This document shows, in pieces, positions 40,719 through 47,993 of a DNA stretch of 64,000 bases. Within the stretch, counting starts at the first letter, position 1; each line of letters begins with the position of its first letter. Made by a program: the position numbers and the translations under genes. The notes beneath the pieces were generated by a model. It did no database searches and had not been told where the DNA came from. It saw only the letters and a list, made by a program, of their open reading frames with translations. Origin of the DNA: a phage; sequence record PZ445446.1; one strand, written 5' to 3'.

Positions 40719-41010
40719 AAACATCACCCCCGCAGGGTTCTTAAAAGTATACCGTGAACTGCTATATACTACAGAGGACAGTGTTCTAGAGTATCCAGAA
40801 TATCTTTTGCTGTATAAGTATCTGCAGGAGGCTGGTGAAAATCTGCCAGTTAGTGCAGAAGGTGGTCCGAACTGGATATACAGCGCATGGAGAAAGGTTG
40901 ACATTCTCCCCGACCCAGGTAAAGATATGGTAGTTTGGCAGCTTATTAACAACATCGGGATTCCAATCTTTGATGAAGCTGTTAAAATCTATTTTGAACT
41001 TGACGATTAA
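40708..41010 (+). CDS. hypothetical protein
   Basis: ATG after AGGAGAAG (track start 40690 trimmed). Confidence 0.4.
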   Translation: MKTENITPAGFLKVYRELLYTTEDSVLEYPEYLLLYKYLQEAGENLPVSAEGGPNWIYSAWRKVDILPDPGKDMVVWQLINNIGIPIFDEAVKIYFELDD

Positions 41011-41027
41011 TATCAGGAGACCTTAAG

Positions 41028-41273
41028 ATGACTGAAGTAGTTGCTCGCGCAGGACAGAAAGTACGTTGTGTTGAAGTAGGTTTTGGTGGCAAAGGGTGTC
41101 AAAACTTGACTCAAGGTAAGGAATACGCTGTTATTTCTGGTGGTGGCGACGAAAGTATTGTGTTCGAGGGCCACATCCTGGATGCTGAAAACTTTGAAAT
41201 CTTTGACGACGATGGAGATCCGATCACCTGCCTGCTGGACGGGAATTGGGGAACTTTCGAAGTGATTGGCTAA
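41028..41273 (+). CDS. hypothetical small protein
   Basis: 81 aa; AGGAGA RBS; FDDDGDPITCLLDGNWG weakly related to paralog family. Confidence 0.45.
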   Translation: MTEVVARAGQKVRCVEVGFGGKGCQNLTQGKEYAVISGGGDESIVFEGHILDAENFEIFDDDGDPITCLLDGNWGTFEVIG

Positions 41274-41356
41274 CAAATACCTATTGTAATTTACAGAAGG
41301 GGATGCTAAAATAGTGTCTCCTTCTATGTTGTTCAAATAAAATCGGAGATTCCATA

Positions 41357-41722
41357 ATGGAACAAATGAACGATCAAGCGTCGGTTGCGATGAACGAGCA
41401 AGAACAACCTCAAGAATTTTTCTTAGGGTTAAGTAAAGATCAAGTGTCTCTTCTGCTAGTGCTTTCTTCTTTCATGGGAAGACTTCAGGAGCTCACACAA
41501 CAGCCAGAGGCTGAACAATTATTCCAAGCTTTGCGTGAAGAAGAAAAATATCGTCGTTTGGACTATGCCTTAGGTTGGGTAGCTCAACAACGAGATATGC
41601 TGATGGCCCTCTCTGGGACCACAAGTTTTGCAATGGGCCTGCTGGCTCAAGTTCAGGACAAATTAATTCAAGCAGGGTTTGCACACACGGCAAACACTAA
41701 CGAAGAACAAGGAGACAAATAA
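41357..41722 (+). CDS. hypothetical protein
   Basis: 121-aa ORF with RBS. Confidence 0.45.
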   Translation: MEQMNDQASVAMNEQEQPQEFFLGLSKDQVSLLLVLSSFMGRLQELTQQPEAEQLFQALREEEKYRRLDYALGWVAQQRDMLMALSGTTSFAMGLLAQVQDKLIQAGFAHTANTNEEQGDK

Positions 41723-42948
41723 TGAGCGTTATTCAACAATTTGCTAACCCGATGAATCCGCGTGAAACTGTTTTACTGGCTCACGGCATGATTAAACGTG
41801 TCAGCATCAAACCTATCAAAGGTGCTGATCCTACAACAGGTATTAAAACCACTGTGTGGCAAGGTAAGAAAATTGAGTCCAGCCACACCATCTCTTTACT
41901 GATTTCTGAACTGGATTCCTCTGATAACCTGCTTCAAGGTGGTGAAGAAGTCTGGATCAGTATGGGTGATAAACTGCTTAAACCGGGTCATCAAGACTCT
42001 GTCTCTGTTAAAATTGATGACAAGTGGGAAACCGTAACACCGGGATGGATCGTAAATATCCCTTTGAAGGCAAACGAGCATAACGGTAAGACCTATTACA
42101 AAGGCTCACTGGCTAAGATGGTCAAGCTGGGGGCAGGAGAGGCTCCAGCAGCGACTCAGCAGCAAAAACAGCAACAAGGTGCACAATCACAAGGCCAGAA
42201 GCAGAAACCTCAGCAGAATGCCAATCAGGACGTTTTACGCATCTATGGTGATGTGACTCAGATTGTTGGCAACGTGGTTACTGTTAATGACCACAAGATT
42301 GGCGAAGGTGCTATGGTTGTCACTGATGAGCAGCTTAAAGACCTGGTGGTAGGTGGTCGTGTTGCAGCCATTGTTGACAAAGACACCGGAAACATTATCA
42401 GTGGTTTCAAAGCCTATCCACCTAAGTCAGAGAACGGCACCCAAGGCTCTGGTGGCAAGCGTAAATCCTCTTACGACCCTATTGGTGTGGAGACGGGACA
42501 TAGCATCAATGCGTTGCAAATCATCCTAGATCGCGGGTTTAAGGTGGACGACCCACTAAGCGTGGCTAAAACACTGCACGTAGTCACCATTGAGCTTAAG
42601 AAAGAGTATGCTCAAGCCACCAACCGAACTGAGGATGAAGTAGGTGCCAGTGTCGGTAATGCGGTGTTGAACGCTTGTCGCCGTATTGACAAGAAAACGA
42701 AAGTTGATGATTTTGCAGCGGCAATTACTGCAGAAGCAAAAGATGTCTTGACTAATCTGGCTGAGCCGTTGTACGATTGGATCAAGAACGGTGCTGGGTC
42801 AACTGACCATCAAGAACCTCAGGCTGCCAAACAGGAAGCAGCTCCACAGCAAAATACTGTAGACGCTCCTCCTGTAAATGATGAGGAAGATGACCCGATG
42901 GATCAGAATCCAGCACAGTACGCCTTTGATGATGACATCCCATTCTAA
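41722..42948 (+). CDS. ssb: single-stranded DNA-binding protein with acidic C-terminal tip
   Basis: 408 aa; Q-rich linker; terminal …AFDDDIPF matches the bacterial SSB C-terminal tip; OB-fold assumed N-terminal. Confidence 0.6.
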   Translation: MSVIQQFANPMNPRETVLLAHGMIKRVSIKPIKGADPTTGIKTTVWQGKKIESSHTISLLISELDSSDNLLQGGEEVWISMGDKLLKPGHQDSVSVKIDDKWETVTPGWIVNIPLKANEHNGKTYYKGSLAKMVKLGAGEAPAATQQQKQQQGAQSQGQKQKPQQNANQDVLRIYGDVTQIVGNVVTVNDHKIGEGAMVVTDEQLKDLVVGGRVAAIVDKDTGNIISGFKAYPPKSENGTQGSGGKRKSSYDPIGVETGHSINALQIILDRGFKVDDPLSVAKTLHVVTIELKKEYAQATNRTEDEVGASVGNAVLNACRRIDKKTKVDDFAAAITAEAKDVLTNLAEPLYDWIKNGAGSTDHQEPQAAKQEAAPQQNTVDAPPVNDEEDDPMDQNPAQYAFDDDIPF

Positions 42949-42963
42949 CATATAGTTAACATA

Positions 42964-42991
42964 GCCCTGCCCGAAAGGGTGGGGCATTTTT
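42964..42991 (+). terminator. intrinsic terminator (GAAA tetraloop), copy 2
   Basis: Same hairpin after SSB stop, then ATTTTTG. Confidence 0.65.
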
Positions 42992-43010
42992 GTATAAGGA
43001 GATCTGAAAA

Positions 43011-43427
43011 ATGACATTAGAAGATATCATTGTTAAGCCTGAGAACTATGACCAATACAACCTGTCAACTCAATCTGTAGACCTTGGATGCGCCACGGTC
43101 AGTGCGTGGCTGGTTAACGGAAAAGAGCTGGATAAATGCTTAGAAGCTCACATGTCTATTAACAAGTTTCTGGATGAAAATACTCACTGGCTTGAGGGTG
43201 CAGGCGTATATGCTTCATGGTTGGAGAGTATGGGATTCGACTACCAATCTGAAGAGGGGTGGTGGAGCTATTTAGCTATCTGCCCAGAGACGCTGCAATG
43301 CTTCATGAAATATTCTGAAGATTTAGAGTATCGCGCTGTGGTTGACAGTGCTATTGCCCGTTATAGCCGTAAACCTTTTTCCCACGACATTAAAACTGTG
43401 GAAGAATTTGTTGAAGTTTTCTGTTGA
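43011..43427 (+). CDS. hypothetical protein
   Basis: 138-aa ORF after terminator and AGGAGA RBS. Confidence 0.45.
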   Translation: MTLEDIIVKPENYDQYNLSTQSVDLGCATVSAWLVNGKELDKCLEAHMSINKFLDENTHWLEGAGVYASWLESMGFDYQSEEGWWSYLAICPETLQCFMKYSEDLEYRAVVDSAIARYSRKPFSHDIKTVEEFVEVFC

Positions 43428-43523
43428 CACAGGTTGAAAGGTGTGCAATTATAACTTCATAGAACGGGAGGACGTGATGAACGAAGAAAACTGGGATGTA
43501 TAACTAACAGGAGGCCACTGCCC

Positions 43524-43721
43524 ATGATTTATCGAATCCGTGTAAGAGAAGATGCACCAGGCTGTTACTTTGACTGGCGTGGGTGGTGGTTTCTCCACCC
43601 GATGGATGGACTCACAGATAGAATGCTGGATGCTGCCCTTTATACAGATACCGACATAGAATATAATCTCTATCTGAAGGACGGTATAGATAACGGTCTA
43701 TTTGAAGCAATTCCTGTGTAA
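43524..43721 (+). CDS. hypothetical small protein
   Basis: 65 aa; AGGAGG RBS. Confidence 0.4.
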   Translation: MIYRIRVREDAPGCYFDWRGWWFLHPMDGLTDRMLDAALYTDTDIEYNLYLKDGIDNGLFEAIPV

Positions 43722-43789
43722 GAGACTGTGATAGCCATGTTTTATGATCTTCCTGTAGCACCACCACCTGTTGAACCTGGAGAACTAAG

Positions 43790-44215
43790 ATGATCTATGA
43801 AATGCCAAAACTGATTCGTGACGATGCCCAAAACGCTCACACCATTATTATGGGCAAACGCATGGATATTATTTGTCATAAAGATTTCTGGGAAGGAAGT
43901 TACTTCACAGAGTATTTTGGTAAACTGGACAATGGTCTGCTGATCCAGTTCTACACCGATGCGGAAAACAACATTCACTGGGAGTTCGAAACTGAAGATA
44001 TCCATAAACTTTTCACCTTCCTCGGTATTAAGGTTGAGGCCAAGTTTGAAGAAGGTGAGTGCGACGATTGTGGATTCTATGAGGTAACAGATTTCTACCT
44101 TCCAAGTGGTAAAAATCTCTACTACGAAAGCCACTTCGGCAACTCAAATATGCCACAGGGTTGGGATGAGTTTTTGGAAATTGCAGAAGAGGAGCTGAAA
44201 TACCGTGATTATTGA
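43790..44215 (+). CDS. hypothetical protein
   Basis: 141-aa ORF, overlaps next gene start. Confidence 0.45.
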   Translation: MIYEMPKLIRDDAQNAHTIIMGKRMDIICHKDFWEGSYFTEYFGKLDNGLLIQFYTDAENNIHWEFETEDIHKLFTFLGIKVEAKFEEGECDDCGFYEVTDFYLPSGKNLYYESHFGNSNMPQGWDEFLEIAEEELKYRDY

Positions 44216-44663
44216 TACTGTAAAGGGAGATCTAATCTCCATTTTCAAGAAAGGGTCAGGCCACATGATCCACGGTTGTAACTGCTTTCACACAATGGGT
44301 GCAGGTATAGCGAAAGATATTGCCCGTGAGTTCCCTCAAGCACTGGCAGCCGACAAAGAGACTGCTTATGGTAATCTAGACAAGCTGGGTATGTTTTCTT
44401 GTTGGGAGCATTTTGCCAAGACCAGGGTCGTATATGGAATCAACCTGTATACCCAGTTCTACCCAGGGCCCAATGCTGAATACTTCTCAATCATGAAAGG
44501 TTTTGAGCGAGTCAACGAGGTATTCAAAGGTATGTCATTGCCGTTCTACATTCCTAAAATCGGATGCGGTATTGGAGGTCTAAAGTGGGAACATGTAGAA
44601 GATGTAATTAATCTTGCAACCACAGATATTGATGTGGTTGTAGTAGAGTACAAAAAGTGTTGA
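44205..44663 (+). CDS. macrodomain protein (TARG1/DarG-like ADP-ribose hydrolase fold)
   Basis: 152 aa; HGCNCFHTMGAGIAKDIA and PKIGCGIGGLKWEHV resemble the glycine-rich ADP-ribose-binding loops of TARG1/OARD1-type macrodomains. Confidence 0.55.
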   Translation: MIIDTVKGDLISIFKKGSGHMIHGCNCFHTMGAGIAKDIAREFPQALAADKETAYGNLDKLGMFSCWEHFAKTRVVYGINLYTQFYPGPNAEYFSIMKGFERVNEVFKGMSLPFYIPKIGCGIGGLKWEHVEDVINLATTDIDVVVVEYKKC

Positions 44664-44717
44664 CGACCATCTTCTGAGGTGATATAGTTTCCACAACAAC
44701 TAAAAGAGGAGAGCACT

Positions 44718-44888
44718 GTGGAGACTAAAATCTTAATTCTTGCTGTGGTAGATACAACCGAAGGAGCTATATTCGAATCTGCAGGAGGGTATTTCTACCT
44801 ACCATACGGAAAAAGAACTTCCGAGCCAAGTAAAGATTCAATCCTCAAAGTGTTCCCGTGTGCTTTCTGGCTGGAGATTTTGGTATAA
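44718..44888 (+). CDS. hypothetical small protein (below 60-aa track cutoff)
   Basis: 56 codons from GTG, preceded by AGAGGAGAG RBS; fills gap between annotated ORFs. Confidence 0.35.
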   Translation: METKILILAVVDTTEGAIFESAGGYFYLPYGKRTSEPSKDSILKVFPCAFWLEILV

Positions 44889-44914
44889 GATTGCAGATGA
44901 TTTGGGAGAGAATT

Positions 44915-45109
44915 ATGAGAAACAAGAAAGAACTTTACTCTGGTGAGTGGATCAACGATCAACAGGTGGGAGAGGTAACCTGCTTCCGATGTTTTACCAG
45001 GTACAATCTTAAAACTGCACCAAAAAGTGTTCCAAAGACTGATGGTTATTATATAAAAGAACCTCATTGCCCAAAATGTAAATGCCGATTGTACTGGAGC
45101 AATCTGTAA
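44915..45109 (+). CDS. small zinc-ribbon protein
   Basis: ATG after GGGAGAG; CFRC…CPKCKC Cys pairs. Confidence 0.45.
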   Translation: MRNKKELYSGEWINDQQVGEVTCFRCFTRYNLKTAPKSVPKTDGYYIKEPHCPKCKCRLYWSNL

Positions 45110-45112
45110 GAG

Positions 45113-45141
45113 GTTGACATCTGAAAACTGCAGTGTATAAT
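45113..45141 (+). promoter_or_regulatory. sigma70-type promoter TTGACA-N17-TATAAT
   Basis: Consensus hexamers about 30 nt upstream of ATG 45173. Confidence 0.6.
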
Positions 45142-45172
45142 ATACGCATAAACTAACAGAGAGCGATGTATT

Positions 45173-45364
45173 ATGGTAATTTTTAACCGGGATGGTATCA
45201 TAGTTAGACAGCACCCGTTCCTTGAATACTATCAAATTGAGCAATGGTGCTACGGGGATTGCAGTCACTCCTATGGGCAAAGTTGGGGATACCGTACAGT
45301 TTTTGAATCCACAGACCTTGACAAAGTAAGACAGAAAGTTTTAGAACTTATTAACAACAAGTGA
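45173..45364 (+). CDS. hypothetical small protein
   Basis: 63 aa; downstream of TTGACA-N17-TATAAT promoter. Confidence 0.5.
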   Translation: MVIFNRDGIIVRQHPFLEYYQIEQWCYGDCSHSYGQSWGYRTVFESTDLDKVRQKVLELINNK

Positions 45365-45371
45365 GTATGAT

Positions 45372-45704
45372 ATGGTAACATTAGAAAGACGTAAAGCTAT
45401 TGCCGCCACACTGGCAGACATCTTTTGGGATTGTAATTTAAAATCTACCCGAAATTGTGGCGCATCTGTAGATGTATTATTCCCACGGCCTACTATTGTT
45501 GCAATGGGCAACCTTCTTGATGTGGTATATGGAGCATGGGACAAGGAAGGTGGATTCTATATCTGGCAACCTGACTACGGGACTTGGAAAGAGGTTAGTG
45601 GTTCTACGGACTTCACTCCTGCAGTGGCTAAAATGGATGGCTGGAAAATCTATGTCGGTAACGACATGGAACTGAAAGGCGAAATTGTTTACTGGTTACC
45701 TTAA
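45372..45704 (+). CDS. hypothetical protein
   Basis: 110-aa ORF. Confidence 0.45.
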   Translation: MVTLERRKAIAATLADIFWDCNLKSTRNCGASVDVLFPRPTIVAMGNLLDVVYGAWDKEGGFYIWQPDYGTWKEVSGSTDFTPAVAKMDGWKIYVGNDMELKGEIVYWLP

Positions 45705-45724
45705 GAAAGTGCAGGAGATAAAGT

Positions 45725-45970
45725 ATGAACAAAGGGTGGACATTTGTAGACGGCGTTGAAAACATGCCTCTAGGAAAGTATATTGTAGCCATGGCAGATG
45801 AGAATGGCAAGGTTGATTTCGGAGCTTGCGAGATTGTTCTTGCAGGATCTGGTGACCATGTGCACAAAACTGGGATAATTAACGGTCATTTCTACTTTGA
45901 TTACAACCCTGTTGTGGCGTATATGGCTATGCCAGAGTTAGAGCTCCCAAAGGAGGGTGCAGATGTTTAA
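45725..45970 (+). CDS. hypothetical small protein
   Basis: 81 aa; AGGAGA RBS. Confidence 0.45.
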   Translation: MNKGWTFVDGVENMPLGKYIVAMADENGKVDFGACEIVLAGSGDHVHKTGIINGHFYFDYNPVVAYMAMPELELPKEGADV

Positions 45971-46160
45971 GCTTAAATCTGCATGGAACATCGCTGTGGG
46001 GGATGAGATCCGCATCCCAGGTGGAAAGACCATTATGAAGATATCACGTATCGAGTATGAAGGTGATCGTGTATTTCATATCTTTGCAGAAGATGGTCGA
46101 GAAATTTATATACAGGCAGGCTCTCACATCTATATCAGTAAGAAAGGGGACGACAAATGA
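45957..46160 (+). CDS. hypothetical small protein
   Basis: 67 aa, overlaps neighbours. Confidence 0.4.
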   Translation: MQMFKLKSAWNIAVGDEIRIPGGKTIMKISRIEYEGDRVFHIFAEDGREIYIQAGSHIYISKKGDDK

Positions 46161-46489
46161 CAGAGATCATCGTTTCAACTGCAGGGTATGTATTCCTGAC
46201 AATCATTGCGTTGGCTATTCTGGTGGCGGTGTATGGATTTGTTATCCTGCCTATTCTTGAGACATTTAGCTTGTGTCGGTGTTGGAGAAAAGCTTACGGA
46301 CCACAACCGTGGAAAGACTGGTTTCATTTGGTGCGTATAGCGTTCTCTTATGCCTATGATCACTCCAGCAGTGCATGCGTAACCGGGTACCATGCCTACA
46401 ACTGGAACTGGGAAGGGCTTGGGAGATGGACTGTTACAAAAACTATACCCTTACGGTTGTATAAAGGAAAGAACACACTGGGAGCCTGA
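46157..46489 (+). CDS. membrane protein
   Basis: 110 aa; N-terminal hydrophobic helices (YVFLTIIALAILVAVYGFVILPIL). Confidence 0.45.
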   Translation: MTEIIVSTAGYVFLTIIALAILVAVYGFVILPILETFSLCRCWRKAYGPQPWKDWFHLVRIAFSYAYDHSSSACVTGYHAYNWNWEGLGRWTVTKTIPLRLYKGKNTLGA

Positions 46490-46799
46490 TATTTTAAGTT
46501 ATCAGATTGCCAGAGATCAGGAGGATTTCTAAAATGGATTTCCTCCTTTTGATATTTTACCTACCAGGATATTTTAAAATCCTTAGAAAATCAGAAAATG
46601 GATCGAAAACTAAAATGGATTTTTCAGAGCAGGCACGACGAGATGAACCACTCATCCTATCGTCTGCACCATATTCCAGACCACCATTACAGATTTCCCG
46701 CACATGCTCACACCCTTCTACTAGAACTTCCCCCACTTACCCTTGACCTTTTATAGTAATAATCCAACCACTACCTTGAAGTTGTGGCGCAGCTTTCCA

Positions 46800-46887
46800 A
46801 GTACTCGATCTGTTTTTCGTTTCAAAGATTGAATTTTCTGAAAATTTTTCTCGATAAATTTCTCAGTACTCGATCTGTTTTTCGTTT
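46800..46887. repeat. 23-bp perfect direct repeat pair (agtactcgatctgtttttcgttt)
   Basis: Copies at 46800-46822 and 46865-46887; partial third copy near 46947-46963. Confidence 0.65.
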
Positions 46888-47090
46888 TCTGAATCGGATT
46901 TTCTGGAAATCGTTCCGGCTCTCGACCTGAAATTTTTGGGGACGAAATCGATTTTTCGTTTTCAGAAATGGATTTTTAAAATTTCTATATGGGAATATTT
47001 TAGTGGATACTATTTTATAGGAAATTGTTACGGAGGATAATTAGCGTGCTAATTAAATTTATTAAATGCGAGGAGTTCTCATTTAGAATT

Positions 47091-47109
47091 TTGAATGATA
47101 ATCATTCTC
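47091..47109. promoter_or_regulatory. Fur-box-like operator (15 of 19 to GATAATGATAATCATTATC)
   Basis: ttgaatgataatcattctc; overlaps candidate -10 hexamers. Confidence 0.5.
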
Positions 47110-47122
47110 GTTTGCAGAATAA

Positions 47123-47165
47123 CGGGCAGGCCCGGTGATTGTCTCCCGGCCCCTACTGCCCCGGC
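47123..47165. repeat. GC-rich structured repeat, copy 1 (core CCGGTGATTGTCTCCC)
   Basis: Follows Fur box A; flanking GGGCAG/CTGCCC can pair around core. Confidence 0.5.
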
Positions 47166-47226
47166 TTGTTATTATAGTAACACACAGGACAAAGAAAGCA
47201 AGAAGTTTTTGCATAAATTTTTAGAC

Positions 47227-47245
47227 GATAATGATAATCGTTCTC
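47227..47245. promoter_or_regulatory. Fur-box-like operator (17 of 19 to consensus)
   Basis: gataatgataatcgttctc; preceded by TTGCAT about 17 nt upstream, so box overlaps a candidate -10. Confidence 0.55.
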
Positions 47246-47254
47246 ATTTCATGC

Positions 47255-47300
47255 AGCGCCCATCCCCGGTGGTTGTCTCCCCCGTCACCGGTGCCTGCCG
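47255..47300. repeat. GC-rich structured repeat, copy 2 (core CCGGTGGTTGTCTCCC)
   Basis: Follows Fur box B; CCGGTG/CACCGG stem. Confidence 0.5.
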
Positions 47301-47509
47301 TCCTTTCGATAGGTATATTTTGCCACCTGGCGGGGCCGCTGTCAACACTTTTCAAAAAAAAAAAAAATTCTAACCTGATGCGCTGACCGCTGCAACCTGG
47401 CGGGGCCAGCCTGGCAGGGCCTAACTGACCAGGTAGGAGAGAATGAAGGCTTGCAAACCTGGTGGGCCTATGCTATAGGATAGGTAACAATTGAAGAGGA
47501 GGTACAAAA

Positions 47510-47647
47510 ATGGAAGGTAATATGATCCCCCTGGTTGAAAAGGCTATGGCGGGAGCGTTGGAACATAAAGAAGAGTACGAAAAAATGATGGTTAACCTGG
47601 CAGGGGCGGCGGCTGGAGAATTCTACCCAAAAAATAATTTTAACTAA
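47510..47647 (+). CDS. hypothetical small protein (45 aa)
   Basis: ATG 7 nt after GAAGAGGAGG RBS; first gene after the 1-kb noncoding region; absent from track. Confidence 0.35.
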   Translation: MEGNMIPLVEKAMAGALEHKEEYEKMMVNLAGAAAGEFYPKNNFN

Positions 47648-47650
47648 TGG

Positions 47651-47679
47651 TTGACAGCTCGGACAGTTCTTGTTATTCT
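47651..47679 (+). promoter_or_regulatory. sigma70-type promoter TTGACA-N17-TATTCT
   Basis: Just after stop of 47510-47647, upstream of 47733. Confidence 0.5.
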
Positions 47680-47732
47680 TATCCTCACAAGGTGAACAAC
47701 ACCACACCAATTAACAGAGAGGATAAAAAATC

Positions 47733-47930
47733 ATGAACGCCTACGGAATTAAAGTACGTCGCAACACTCGCCAGGTGGTCACCAATCAAGTGATTTGCCG
47801 GGTGGATGTAACCATCAACAACGGGCAAGGCCTTTATAAATTTCGTCGCGGTCATAGCTATACCCTGCAACAGCTTAACCGTTGCGCCCTGACAAAAGGT
47901 CAGATCAACCACTGGTTTAATAAAAAATAA
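47733..47930 (+). CDS. hypothetical small basic protein
   Basis: 65 aa; promoter upstream. Confidence 0.45.
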   Translation: MNAYGIKVRRNTRQVVTNQVICRVDVTINNGQGLYKFRRGHSYTLQQLNRCALTKGQINHWFNKK

Positions 47931-47932
47931 TG

Positions 47933-47961
47933 TTGACATATGGTCTGACACAAAATACACT
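47933..47961 (+). promoter_or_regulatory. sigma70-type promoter TTGACA-N17-TACACT
   Basis: 3 nt after stop at 47930; gene starts 47994. Confidence 0.55.
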
Positions 47962-47993
47962 GAAATCACAAAAGACACTAAGAGGATAAAATC

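Noticed and set aside
46507-46746. Track ORF (79 aa) overlapping AAAATGGATTT iterons
   Set aside because: Internal ATG at 46534 has an upstream AGGAGG, but the repeated MDF codons coincide with iterons and the C-terminus is P/S/T low-complexity; left uncalled as ambiguous.
46500-47040. Possible CRISPR array suggested by short repeats
   Set aside because: Repeats are AT-rich, irregularly spaced, of varying length and lack unique spacers of uniform size; no cas genes in window.
47095-47373. Track ORF (92 aa) spanning Fur boxes, structured repeats and the A14 tract
   Set aside because: Pro/Lys-rich low-complexity translation that reads through the A14 run and regulatory repeats; no RBS; judged spurious.
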